Below are positions 24,521 through 37,359 of a stretch of 64,000 nucleotides of DNA, in pieces. Each line of letters starts with the position of its first letter. Position 1 is the stretch's first letter. The notes beneath the pieces were generated by a model, which was not told where the DNA came from, searched no databases, and saw only the letters and a list, made by a program, of their open reading frames with translations. The position numbers and the translations under genes were made by a program. Origin of the DNA: Chara braunii (Eukaryota; Plantae; Charophyceae); the NCBI GenBank assembly GCA_003427395.1, contig BFEA01000033.1, positions 4,958,355 through 5,022,354 on the forward strand, given 5' to 3'.

Positions 24521-25821
24521 AACCACAACGACCGCAATCACGACTAAGAAATAAGATTTGCAGTTATGGATTTATTCACATAGAGGAGAACTGTGAAAAC
24601 TACTCTTGAAAAACAGGAATTAGAACAACAATTAGGAAATCTGTCTACACCAGTGTTATTGGAAGGGAACATTTAAGATCGAAAATTCAAGAAATCCAAC
24701 TAAGACGTCCCATATTGGGCTCACGAATGTTTATGATCAAGAATAATCCTGATCATAGTTGAGGTCATCGGCTAACGAATTTCAAAGATGGGATTAAAGT
24801 GAGATTTGATAAGATTGAAAATTCCAAAAAAGGAAAATCACACTCAGACAGCGGATCAAGAAGTTCAACTTGGTAACCAAATTAACAATTATCAGGTTCT
24901 GAGACTTGAGAACAAATCCAATGGGTGATATATCCAGAAGAATGCGATTTAGCAGATGGAAATGAAGTTCTGAGAGTCAGAATTAAGGACCAGACTCAAG
25001 TCCAAACTGAAAAAAAAATAGGAGAAACATCTTAGAAAAACAAAGGCCTAACTGGAGAAGAGTACCCCAAGTCCCCACACTTCATTATCCACCCCTCCCC
25101 CCTCCAAACCTCACCTCCTCCTTCATCGACTTTGCGAGCAAAGACTGGCCACCTTGTAGTCGACACTCACTTGACCATCCTCAAAAGCCACTCGATGAAG
25201 ATAAACAGACCGTGGCAAACCACGTTGCGAGCCCAAACCGCTGAACCTGCCAGAGGCCCCTCGCAGGTTAGTCCGGAGAGATGGAGGGATGTCATCGTCC
25301 AAAGCACCACCACCCTCGCCATGCTTGCGGTACTCTTCCTTCCCAACTGCGCCCACGGAGCCCTATCACGGGGGAGACACACACCTCACCGCAGCCCACA
25401 CCCCACCCCCCTCTCCACCATCGCGCTGATCAACCTCACAACACCTTTTCTCTCGTCGCCACGCCCAACACGTTCCATCCACTTTGCGAAAACTCTGCCC
25501 CGACAGGCCATTGCCATCAACCCCATCCTCTTCCCTAGCGCCGCTCGACCTCTTCCCTCGCGCCGCTCGAACCCACTCCCCCTTGCCGCTGCGCCTCGCA
25601 CCGCCGCCTGCTAAGTCTCCCAACGCCTCCGTAGCGCACCGTCCGAGCCGTACCGGCAGGGGCGCGGCGCTCCCAGCCACGCCGCACCCATAACCAGGGC
25701 CTCTGCAGTCTGCGTAATTTGTCCAGGAACAGGAACCAATATCAGGGTCATTCGAATGTATTTAGAAACTCAAACCATGACAGCTCAAAAAAAAAAACAT
25801 CGAAAGGAAAATATGTTAAAC

Positions 25822-25892
25822 ATGAGAGCTCAGTTGGTTACAACTCTGGCATTGTAACAGGGAGGTCGCAGGTTCAATCCGGTTGGTCCACA
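25822..25892 (+). pseudogene. Degenerate tRNA-like sequence (tRNA pseudogene or SINE head)
   Basis: A-box-like AGCTCAGTTGGTTA, CTCTG/CAGGG stem around TTGTAA, variable loop AGGTC and B-box GGTTCAATCC. The acceptor stem does not pair. Confidence 0.55.
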
Positions 25893-26789
25893 ACCTCCCA
25901 TGTGCACGTTCATTGGTGCGTGTTTATTTGGTGAGATCTCTGCTCAACCAAGGGAGAATACAAGGAGGGGGGAGAATAAAGGATGGTGGGGTTGCCAAAG
26001 GATACTTATATGTGAGACAATGGTCGGAGTTTCCATATCCCGTCATTCCGCCTCCACTTCCTCATATACAATATTCCTCCTGGATCAACTACCGTCTTCC
26101 ATTCCCCCAGCCATCCCTCCTCAAAGCCCCTTCTCATCTCATTGATTTGCTGCTGTTTTGACTGGAGGGTTAGGGTATCCTCCCACTCAATCTCCTTTAT
26201 CTAAGTTCTCAATTCATCCCTAGAGTGATTTGGTCTACCATTTGGTTTCTGGCTTGTATTTTCTTTGCATTCAAAAGATCACCTTGCTCGGCACGACAGC
26301 ATAAAACCACCAACCTTGCCAATGTAAACAGGTTAAACCATGAGTACTCCGGGAAGTCGCGGCTTGTATACCGCCAACCATTGCTACAGTGCCGCAACGT
26401 TTCCACTTTAGTGAATTTATACTACCACCCCCCGCATGTTCATCCCATGGCAGCATCCCACCTTTTTTTTGTTTTTTTAAACAAAAACACATCAGCGGCG
26501 GCTGTGGGGGGGTTGTTGGTAGGAGATGACACCCCCTCCACTGTTCCTGCTTCATGATGGATCCGTTCTATTGGTCGAGAGCTGCACCTGCTGGAAAATG
26601 GGTCCAGCGTCCCTTTCACATCTTAAGATTGAGCCAGACTTACACGCTTAAAAAAAGGTTGCATGGTGATTGCTGATCTCTCCTTGTTGTGCCGGACTCC
26701 TTTTTTTTTCCTTTTTTTTTTACCAGGAGAACAGAGCCCAATAAGATTGCATCATTGTACAGACTTTACAGTTACAACATAAGGATTTT

Positions 26790-28620
26790 TAAAATTTTAT
26801 TTTATTTATTTATTTTATTTTATTTTATTTTATTTTATTTTATTTTATTTTATTTTATTTTATTTTATTTTATTATTTTTTTTCAAACACAAGCTCCATC
26901 TATTGGTGTGGAGCAACACCTGCTGGAAACCGGGTCCAGCGTCCCATGGATACAACCATATCCTCACAATTTGGCACAAACTGGGCACAAACCGGGTCCA
27001 GCGTCCCATAAGGAACACATTCAGAAAAGTCATCAGAAAATTCCATGAAAATGAGACTAGACTCTGTTAAGAATTATAGAGCTACTCCAGACCTTTTTGC
27101 GAAAACTTCAAAGTCAGATAAAATTCGGAAAACCCTCAAGGACCACCATCAGGCCGCTTACCTCACTCCGGCAAGACTTACTGCAGCAAAGCCACCATCT
27201 CTACTGCTGCTATGCCCTATTTCTATCCTACCAGCTAGCCCCTTCACTAGCAGGACGCGTGATATCTTTCTCTCACTAACCTCACTCCCTCTCTTACCCG
27301 TTACCCGGTTTGGCTGAAAAGCCGTCTTAGAAAACTTACAGTTATTCGAAGGATATGGGAATAGCCTGCCGAAGTCCTACAAATGCCCCAAACCCCGCGA
27401 AATCCCTAACAGCACCTTCCAAGGTTCTCCAATTCTGTCTTACTCCCTGCCGAGCTCTTCCAGGCCTCAGACTCCCTCTTCCTGCTGGGTTACAGGGCAA
27501 CACAACTCACCCCAGCTCCGGCCAGCGTCGTCGCAGCAGCGACCCTTGGTTGTCCCGTGGAATGCCCCCCCAAAGCACCCCCAGATCTCTCTACCAGGCC
27601 TCATGCTCCTGCATCAGCAGGTTACAGGGCAACACCCCAGCACCGGCCAGCGTCGTTCTGGCATCAAACAGCCGCAGGTCACCGAGGATAACAGCCTCGG
27701 TACCACCTACAGAAAGTTGCCAGGAATCCCCAAAATCCAGAAGACAGTTTTGAGGACAAACAGACTACCCCCCTTTTTTTAAGAACAGATAGCAACGTTT
27801 TTTGACAATTCTGAGAAATAGGATCCTAAGGTAATCCCTAGCCATCCTTGCCCTGGGGCATACTTACTCAGGGACAGTACCAACCATACCAATCATCACC
27901 CATAGCTGATCTCTTCTCGCCACTACGCAGCCCCCCCCCAATTCGCCACTGACTTGCCTTCCACCCTCGGCAAACCCCAGATCTCTCTACAAGGCCTCAT
28001 ACTCCTGCGAATTGCAGGTCACAGGGCGACGCCCCAGCTCCGGCCAGCGTCGTTCTGGCATCGGCAAAACAGGTGCACAGAACAGAAGAGCTATTCGGAT
28101 GTCAGTCCCGCTGTGACCCTCTCTGAACTCCTACATCCCAGTTACAGGTAAGGCTAAGTACTACCAGGATCCAAAACCAGTACAGACTGCACAAACACAC
28201 AACCACCCACTCTCCCCACAACTATTGGAGAAAACTACAGGTCTCGTGTTCAGTCCTCAACCAACACACGGCTGGTCTCATACCCTCCCATGCTAAAGTT
28301 ACAGGGCCCCACCAAGCCCCAGTACCGACCAACCTAGCGAAGATGGTGAGGAGTGCCTTCCTCCCTCAGCAACTCCCCATAGCCGCACGCCCCAACCGGT
28401 GACAGGGATACACCCCAGCTACGGCCACGTCGAAAGTGCTGGTTCTATCTTCCTCCCTCGACAGAACTCCCCAAGCCTCATGCTCCTCTCCGGGTCACAG
28501 AGCAACACCACTCCAGCACCGGCCTGCTTCGTCCCAGCCCCTTCCTTCTGACCTACTAACGAAACACACAGTCCCCCGTCAGTCGCCCCCCCTCCCCCCT
28601 CATACCCCGCAGCCTTCTTG
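26790..28620 (-). mobile_element. Second LINE-3'-derived element with (TAAAA)n tail
   Basis: (TTTTA)n at ~26795-26883, 3' motif at ~26891-26945, collinear with 22290-24470. An HSSSR peptide remnant is shared with ORF2 at 31890-32372. Confidence 0.7.
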
Positions 28621-28783
28621 AAGCAAAGACTTAGATCTTCTCCATAGGGAGTAAACCTAAGGAAGGGAACTGATATTGATTGGGCAAATCCAAGCGAAAT
28701 TAAGCTGTAATAGGATCAGATTACCACTGCAAGATCTTGAGGTGCAAAATCATAACTCAAGACTCAGGGTTGGCTATCATCCT

Positions 28784-28871
28784 TTTTTTTTTTTCTTTTT
28801 TTTTTGATAGAAACAACCCGGGCGGATGCTAGGGATGCTGGTAAGAGCAGACACTGCTAGCACTGCCGCGG
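28784..28871 (-). mobile_element. Ultra-short retroposed insertion with 12-bp TSD
   Basis: GGCTATCATCCT at 28772-83 and 28872-83 flanks poly(T) plus ~65 bp. TGCTGGTAAGAGCAG is shared with the LINE end at ~20606. Confidence 0.85.
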
Positions 28872-29730
28872 GGCTATCATCCTAGTACGTAGCATAGGGT
28901 TGAGGCTGGCATTGCAGTTCCTTAGTACGGGATGTCGGGGGTGTCAGAAGATACTGCACCTGTTTTGTTTTGTTTTTTTTGTTTTTTTTTTATGAATATC
29001 CAAGGTGTTGTAGAGGCCAGTCACTGAGTGCACAGTGATCACTTGGAGCTGTGAGCTACGGGTGTCCAGGAATATGAGACCACCTTCCATCCCATCCTCA
29101 CGTCAATACTCCTAGCGCACCCCCTATCCCACTATCCCACCTCAGTGTGACTAGCACTCAGGACCGTTGTCCTACCATTGGGTAGGCAACTTGGACCGAA
29201 CAGCAGTGATAGGCACCAGGGCTGATAAGCTGCCCAGCCCTGGTGGAAGCGGAATTGGATGAACCTTGTCGAACAGGAACTTACCACGGGCCCGGAATGG
29301 GCTCCAGGGACACACGAGGAAACGGAGGATTCCCAGCTCTCTATCATCACCACACAACTGTGCTAGATGGGAGCCACTGTGCACCCTCGTGAAGACCTGT
29401 AGCAGCATGTTCATACCTAGCTCCAGAAGTCCCCGTGCAATCGGGCTTGCACGGCATCTGCGTCAACCAGGGGTGAGCAGGGTGGTAGGTGTATCTGCTT
29501 AGCCTGGGTGCCTGCAACCGCTGTCTGGTCAGGTCACCCCGCCAAGATGGTGATGGGTGATGGTCCCGGGTGGTTAACACTAGGGTAGGACAGGGGGGTG
29601 GGAGTGCGCCACGGCAAAAAAGATGAGCGGAAGGGTGGGTGGGGTCTTCAGAGGGGTTCAGCTGGACAACCGAGTGGCCGAGTACTGTGGGTGACTGCCT
29701 AGTATCCCACCTCAACAACAACCTGCGCTA

Positions 29731-29873
29731 TTAAAAAAGAAAAAAGAAAAGAAAAGAAAAAGAAAGAAGAAGAAGAAGAAGAAAAAAAGAAGAAGAAGAA
29801 AAAAAAAAGAAGAAGAAGAAGAAGAAAAGAAGAAGAAGAAGAAGAAGAAGAAGAAGAAAAGAAGAAGAAAAAA
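29731..29873 (+). repeat. (GAA)n/A-rich microsatellite
   Basis: Direct reading. Confidence 0.95.
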
Positions 29874-30207
29874 GTATTAGTGGAATCTATGACCAACATG
29901 GGAGTGAGTGCGAGCGCGAGTGGGTTGTGTGTGGTGTGTGGGAGAGTGTTGGCCATAGCTACTGCTGCTACTGGATGAGGGGTGGGGGACGATGAGAAAG
30001 GGAGGCGCAGCTACTGGCAGGTCTCGGTCTTTGTGTTAGCCAGACCCCCACTGGCGGCCCCAACCCTATACCCTAAACATTAGGGGCAAGGGGCAACATG
30101 AAATCTCCCCTTCACAGTGAGAGGAAACTATGCTTGCAGGGGTCCCCTCTAGATAGCCTTAGGAGTAGGTAGTGAAAGGCAAAAACAGAAGTTGAGAGAA
30201 GAATATA

Positions 30208-30208
30208 G

Positions 30209-30273
<65 letters not shown>

Positions 30274-30290
30274 AGAAGAAGAAAAAAAAA
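30208..30290 (+). repeat. Poly(A)/(GAA)n tract
   Basis: Direct reading. Confidence 0.95.
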
Positions 30291-30959
30291 CACTGCTGAG
30301 GCCAGTGCCAGACTCCTGATCCACAAATCTAGCAATTTGCTTTCCAGGAGGACATTCCTGGAGGGCGCTGTTGGAGGTTGAGCCCACACACAACGGGTGT
30401 GCATCCTAGAACAATGTTGTCTTGTTCTTGCTGTTGAAGTCCTCATATGCCATTAGTCGTGGCTATCGGCTGACCTTGATCCCTTGTATGAGCCATACTC
30501 TCCCTCCTATGTGATGCCAACACTTAACCTCGACCCCTTGTCCGAGTCATACTCTCTGTCCTGTGTGATGCAGACATTTCCAGCTTTCCTCATCAGCCTG
30601 CCCAGGTTGACTCTGCCGTCCTTGAAAATGTCCGCAACGCCAGCTTCAAGTACCACGGAACTGGAAAGTGGGGGGAGGCAAGGGGGATGGGGGGAGGGGC
30701 CGGCATATGGTTTGTGAGGATGGAGTTAGTCTACACAAGAGTGCCGATGAAATTGGCATCAGACTTTGTGGACCCCTTCACCCCTCCACCCACTTTCTCT
30801 AATCGAAGTTCTGCAGGACATCACCTAAAGACATCAACTTTGGTACTAGGGGGGAGAGAGGAAGACCACAGGGATCGATCCCGAGGGCTCTACTGCCTCT
30901 GGAAGCCTGAGGCACTGGTCGGATGGTCCCATCCTCCTGCAAATGGGAACGCCCGTGCC

Positions 30960-31630
30960 TTTCTTTTTTCTTTTTTTAATAATAAGGCCTGAGTATCCCT
31001 ACTAGGGAAGGTCGTATAAACCCCCCCCCCCCCGCCCTAGTAGGTCTACCAACAGCCACTCCATCTATTGGTGAGGAGTATCGCCCGCTGGAAATCAGGT
31101 CCAGCGTCCCCTTGGAACATAGTCAGAGTTTGATCATACATTTTGTTGATGAGACTGCAAGACCTGCCTCTTCACCCAGCCATAGGGCGCCAGATATAGA
31201 CAAATGAAACCTGGTAGTTCAACAGCCTATGAGTTCTCAAGTCAGAGGACTCGGAGATGATAGTATGATACTGCAACCTATTGAAATTCACACACCATCT
31301 GAAACTGCTGAGAACTGTTGAGAGCCACTGCCAGACACTGTCAGAACAACCATTCTCAAATCTATAACCAGCTTTGCTGCACTAGACTCATGGAAGAAGG
31401 CGGAAATGGATCAGGGAATTCAGAAAGAGGGCGGAGATGTATGGAGGGATCCAATACTGTCCAATCATGGACTACCAAGTGGTAGTCTCTTTTCAATTCC
31501 TCTCGACTCCTTCCCTGTTATGGACCCCATTGTATTGACCCAAATTTCCCCCCCTGGGACTCCCCCAGCCAGCTGCCACTGAATTGTTGAATATTTTGCA
31601 GAATCTCCTTAGTAATACGTGATGTGAGGA
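30960..31630 (-). mobile_element. Short 5'-truncated L1-like LINE
   Basis: T tail, 3' motif at ~31059-31111, and ORF2 C-terminal remnant (EILQNIQQFSGSWLGESQGGKFG) homologous to 32040-32160. Confidence 0.75.
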
Positions 31631-32760
31631 TTGTTTTTTTATTTTTGGCGGGGAGCTGCACTCCGTGTATTGGTGGGGAGCTGCACCTGCTGGAAAACGG
31701 GTCCAGCGTCCCATTTGAACAATGAAAATTAGTATCAGACTTTTGTGACCATAGGATAAGACCAAACCTCTTCACCCTTCAAAGGGCACCAGATCTAACA
31801 AACTTTTCTAGTCCAGAATTGCCTACAATCGAAGCCCACTTTTCTGCAGCACTCTAGACCCAACACATCACCTTTCTTTCCACTGTTCCTTAGTCATAGC
31901 CAAACCAAGATCTGGGTACCATGGACAATGGAGGAGGAGGGAAAGGGTCAGGGAAATCAAGGACAGAGCGAAGGGGAATAGATGGATCACATGTAGTCCA
32001 GTCACCAAAGACTAGCCTATAGTCTTTACTTATCTCTTCGTTATCCCCTCCCAAAGCCCCCGCCCAATTTACTTTTCCCAATTTCCCCCCTTGGTTTCCT
32101 CCCAGCCAGCTGGAACTGAATTGTTGAATGTATTTGAGAATCTCTGTGCGAGAAGATGAGTGCTGAATTTTGTCTTTTACCTCCCATTTAGTGGAAACGT
32201 CCGTTTGTATTTGTTGTTTCATTGTTTCTGTAAACTCCGAGCCATCAAGTCTGGCCCCTTCCATTTCATATGTACATCTTCTCAACCATACGCCCCACAT
32301 GACAGCTCTTCTCCCAATTGTGAAGATATTTTGTGTGAATTCCTCATAGGGTTCCGAAATCCATGATTCCAAGACGGTAGCCCTCCACCCCCATGGCCAT
32401 GGTATAAGCGGTCCTAATTGAGACCATATACAGTCCCACCATCTCTAGAGCTATATAGATCCTGGGCATTGCATAAATAAATGCTCAATAGTTTCGGGGA
32501 TCTATCGGTTGGGAAAGGCAGTTTTACAAAATTTGCACCATCGAGAAGCAATTCCTAGAGAGGATCTGTCCATCAACCAATCATTAGTGGGTAGGCATCG
32601 GTGTTCAATCTGCCATTGGAGTGATACAATCTTGGCAGGTTTGGATTTCATTGAGTTACACCACTTGATTGATCTTATATCTGCTTGAATGAGAAACGAC
32701 TCTTCGCAAATCCATAGCCTATCCCAAGCATTCAAGATACACTGGCCGCCCAGAGGAAGA
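31631..32760 (-). mobile_element. 5'-truncated L1-clade LINE with ORF2 zf-RVT/CCHC C-terminus
   Basis: KPAKIVSLQWQIEHRCLPTNDWL...WCKFCK...ETIEHLFMQCP, then ORF 31890-32372. 3' motif at ~31660-31712. Confidence 0.85.
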
Positions 32761-34320
32761 GAAAGGAAAGGAAGAATACGCTGGTCGCCCCTGAGGAAGT
32801 GAAAGGAAAGGAAGGAGGTAGGCGGAAAGGGTGGGAAGGGAACGTAACGAAATAGGGTAGGAGGCAGGGAAGGGAGATCGATCAGCCCTTGTTTGAGCAA
32901 AAACAGCCCACGGGCCAAAGAGGTCAAAGGGAAAGGATCTAACATGGAGATCAGCAAAGAGAAGAACAGATACCACAGGGTTCACAGAAAGATGGACTTC
33001 ATGCTCATGTATAAAGGGGCGGCGAGGCACTACGCCCAAAGTCGGCTCATGGGACTAAGACCTCACACACTTCACACATGGAAGAAAACAAGCGGGGGGA
33101 TGAACGGGAATGGGAGGGGGTTGGGGGAGGGGTCTGGGGGAGGGGGCTGGGGGAGGGGCCCAGGAGCAATTGCTACCCAGCTCGTCTACCCAGACAGCGA
33201 GTCTGGGAACTGACTCGAGATCGTGGGCAGAGAGGGTGGGGAGACCATTCGCCGGGGAAACTATCTCGATCCAACGAAGGAGAGAAAGAGAGGAGGAAGG
33301 GAAGGAGAAGAGTGGAGAATACCGTTGGGAAATCTGACAACAGCTAGGGCCTTCTTTCTGACCCGCTTCCTTGCTGCCTCAGAAAACAGGATATTACACC
33401 AAGGTGGTAGGACCACCATAGTCAAAGCACTCCGAAGGGAAAATGTGAGAGTGAGAGATGAACTGTACACACGCCATGCGAGCAACAAGGCTTTCCATGA
33501 TGGTGCATCCTTCGTAGCACACCGAACGTTTTCGGACATTTGTCGAACGTCCGAACACGTTCGGTCGTTCGCCCCAACGGGAGCCGAACACGTTCGCATG
33601 AACGAATTCCTGAGGCCGGCGAACGCGTTCGTTCCGGGGGCGGTACCGGGCCTGTAGGGTCTAGGGGCCATAGGGGGGGGGGTGTTCGGCGGGCGGTACC
33701 GGGCCTGTNNNNNNNNNNNNNNNNNNNNNNNNNNNNNNNNNNNNNNNNNNNNNNNNNNNNNNNNNNNNNNNNNNNNNNNNNNNNNNNNNNNNNNNNNNNN
33801 NNNNNNNNNNNNNNNNNNNNNNNNNNNNNNNNNNNNNNNNNNNNNNNNNNNNNNNNNNNNNNNNNNNNNNNNNNNNNNNNNNNNNNNNNNNNNNNNNNNN
33901 NNNNNNNNNNNNNNNNNNNNNNNNNNNNNNNNNNNNNNNNNNNNNNNNNNNNNNNNNNNNNNNNNNNNNNNNNNNNNNNNNNNNNNNNNNNNNNNNNNNN
34001 NNNNNNNNNNNNNNNNNNNNNNNNNNNNNNNNNNNNNNNNNNNNNNNNNNNNNNNNNNNNNNNNNNNNNNNNNNNNNNNNNNNNNNNNNNNNNNNNNNNN
34101 NNNNNNNNNNNNNNNNNNNNNNNNNNNNNNNNNNNNNNNNNNNNNNNNNNNNNNNNNNNNNNNNNNNNNNNNNNNNNNNNNNNNNNNNNNNNNNNNNNNN
34201 NNNNNNNNNNNNNNNNNNNNNNNNNNNNNNNNNNNNNNNNNNNNNNNNNNNNNNNNNNNNNNNNNNNNNNNNNNNNNNNNNNNNNNNNNNNNNNNNNNNN
34301 NNNNNNNNNNNNNNNNNNNN

Positions 34321-34360
<40 letters not shown>

Positions 34361-35815
34361 CATATGTCAAACAGCTTTGCAGTTTCCTAGGACTTACTAG
34401 TTACTATCGTAATTTCATCCAAGGATACGCTAAATATTCCCACGTCCTTACCTCCACGGTCCCACCCTCCTACGGAAGAACCCGACGTGGTTTTGGATAC
34501 CCCTCTGCGAGGACGTCTTTCACGCAGTAGGAGCTGTACTTTCTCAAGTGTCCCCCCACCTCCTCCTGCTGACACTGCCTCTCGATTGACGCCTATCCTC
34601 CCACCACTTCCCTTCACTGACAGTCCTCTCGTTACTTACTCCCCAACCATCGCAAAGGATGGGACTGTTGAGGCTCCTGCTGGAGATACCCCGATCGCTT
34701 TCTACTCCAATCAGCTACTGCCTGCCGAGATAAACTACATGTCGATGAACGTGAGGTTCTCACAGTAGTTTATGTTACCCGACATTGGCATCATTATCTG
34801 CACGGGACGCCCTTCACGGTGCGCACGGACAACTCAGTTGTCCAGGCTTTCCTCACGAAGCTTAAGCTTTCCCCGAAATAGGTACGTTGGTGGCGTGATT
34901 TATCCGAGTTCAGTTTTACCACTCAGCCCATCAAGGGTGAAACGAACCGCGTCGTCGATGCATTGTCCCGTCGTCCTGATCACAATCAGCAACCCATACA
35001 TCCTGTTGTCATCTCCATCACCATTGTTGATCAGTCGGTGATCGCACTAAGTACCACCACTGCCCGGATTATCGCGTCAACCACGCGACACTGCGGAGTG
35101 GCAAGGTTGTTCCCTCCTACTCCCTCGGAGAGAACGGTCTTGTGTACTGGCATGGCAGATCTGGTCAGCTAAAACCACATATCTGCGTTCCCTTCACCGC
35201 TTCGTCAAAGCGTACATCGAGGAGTGTCCTACCTGTCCGAAGGTGAACAGTGTGAACCACCTTCCGAATGGGTTACTTCAGCCCCTACCCATACCCGAGG
35301 GTTGTTGGCATTCCATCTCGATGAATTTCGTTGGTCTCCTTCTTCCACTCACTTAGCGAGGTCATGATGATATCTTGGTCGTCGTCGATCGCTTCACGAA
35401 GCGTGTACGCTTTGTCCCATGCTGCTATCGCATTAGCGCTCGTGAGGCCGCCGACATCGTCTTCGACCGAGTCGTGAGAGATCACGACTTACCTCAGAGC
35501 ATCATCCCTGTTCGTTAGCCGTGCTTAACCAACACATTCTGGCGACGCCTACACGAGGTGTACGGATCCCAACTCCGTTTCTCATCATCTTACCACCCTC
35601 AAACGGATGGTCAGACTGAGGTCACCAATAAAACTCTTGGTAATATCCTCCGAAAGTTTATTAGGGGTGACCAGCAGTGGGACTTAAACTTAGCCCACTC
35701 GGAGATTGCGTACAACCACGTCATTTCGCCAGCCACGCGGATGTCGTTATTCTATTGCGACCTCGGCTACCACCCTCATGTACCCGCGGACTTCCTGTGA
35801 CCATCGCGGTTACGC
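34361..35815 (+). pseudogene. pol: Chromovirus pol remnant: RT connection, RNase H, integrase core
   Basis: SFLGLTSYYRNFIQGYA; AVGAVLSQ...PIAFYSNQLLPAEINY; NRVVDALSRRPD; ILVVVDRFTKR; SSSYHPQTDGQTEVTN. Confidence 0.9.
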
Positions 35816-37359
35816 TGTCGTGCGCGGCGGTCCCACACACAGATGCAAAGTAAATTTTTGTGTCGGACCTCACGAAAGTGTCACGCAGGAGTCTTTTTGT
35901 CACTTCAATGATAACACCACTCTGACCGTGCGCTCGTGCTATACCTCTCGCGACTCCTTCTTCATCCTCTACGCGTGTCTTCTTCGCTACCCTCTACGCG
36001 CTTTCCCTTTTCCTATTCCTGGTATCCCCCTCTCACTTTCTGCTGCACTCTTCGTACTTGCGCTGCTACACACGTGTTGCTCCTTCCGACGAGTGCTTTG
36101 CCCGAGTACGCGGATCAGACTTTCAGACGCCGTCCTCGAAGTGCAAAATTTTGTGAAAATGAATCTGCATNNNNNNNNNNNNNNNNNNNNNNNNNNNNNN
36201 NNNNNNNNNNNNNNNNNNNNNNNNNNNNNNNNNNNNNNNNNNNNNNNNNNNNNNNNNNNNNNNNNNNNNNNNNNNNNNNNNNNNNNNNNNNNNNNNNNNN
36301 NNNNNNNNNNNNNNNNNNNNNNNNNNNNNNNNNNNNNNNNNNNNNNNNNNNNNNNNNNNNNNNNNNNNNNNNNNNNNNNNNNNNNNNNNNNNNNNNNNNN
36401 NNNNNNNNNNNNNNNNNNNNNNNNNNNNNNNNNNNNNNNNNNNNNNNNNNNNNNNNNNNNNNNNNNNNNNNNNNNNNNNNNNNNNNNNNNNNNNNNNNNN
36501 NNNNNNNNNNNNNNNNNNNNNNNNNNNNNNNNNNNNNNNNNNNNNNNNNNNNNNNNNNNNNNNNNNNNNNNNNNNNNNNNNNNNNNNNNNNNNNNNNNNN
36601 NNNNNNNNNNNNNNNNNNNNNNNNNNNNNNNNNNNNNNNNNNNNNNNNNNNNNNNNNNNNNNNNNNNNNNNNNNNNNNNNNNNNNNNNNNNNNNNNNNNN
36701 NNNNNNNNNNNNNNNNNNNNNNNNNNNNNNNNNNNNNNNNNNNNNNNNNNNNNNNNNNNNNNNNNNNNNNNNNNNNNNNNNNNNNNNNNNNNNNNNNNNN
36801 NNNNNNNNNNNNNNNNNNNNNNNNNNNNNNNNNNNNNNNNNNNNNNNNNNNNNNNNNNNNNNNNNNNNNNNNNNNNNNNNNNNNNNNNNNNNNNNNNNNN
36901 NNNNNNNNNNNNNNNNNNNNNNNNNNNNNNNNNNNNNNNNNNNNNNNNNNNNNNNNNNNNNNNNNNNNNNNNNNNNNNNNNNNNNNNNNNNNNNNNNNNN
37001 NNNNNNNNNNNNNNNNNNNNNNNNNNNNNNNNNNNAGCATCCCAAGTCTCAGCGTGCGTCGAAGACGTACCTGACGCAACACTAACCTAATCAACCCCTC
37101 GGCCTCTTCGGTCGACGGGGCATTACTACCGATTGTAACCATCACAGCGCGTGTCATAACAACGTGCGCACATACTTTCGAAATTTTATCACCAATTCGC
37201 CATGGCCTTAACGGTCGAGGAAATTGTTTCAAGTGTCACGCCAAAGCGTGCACACCCTTTTTTTCATCCCAGACTGGTTCCGTCATGGTAGCCGACGCCG
37301 TCACCGTGTCAAATGCAAAAGCATGGCCAAATACCCTTGTAAGGGTATTTGGTCCGACA
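35816..37359 (-). repeat. 3' LTR (gapped)
   Basis: Near-identical to 44639-46202 on both sides of the N-gap. Confidence 0.9.

Noticed and set aside
26891-26945. LINE 3' motif as an HDV-like ribozyme or snRNA target site
   Set aside because: I could not fit the P1/P1.1/P2/P3/P4 order or catalytic J4/2, and I recognise no snRNA match.
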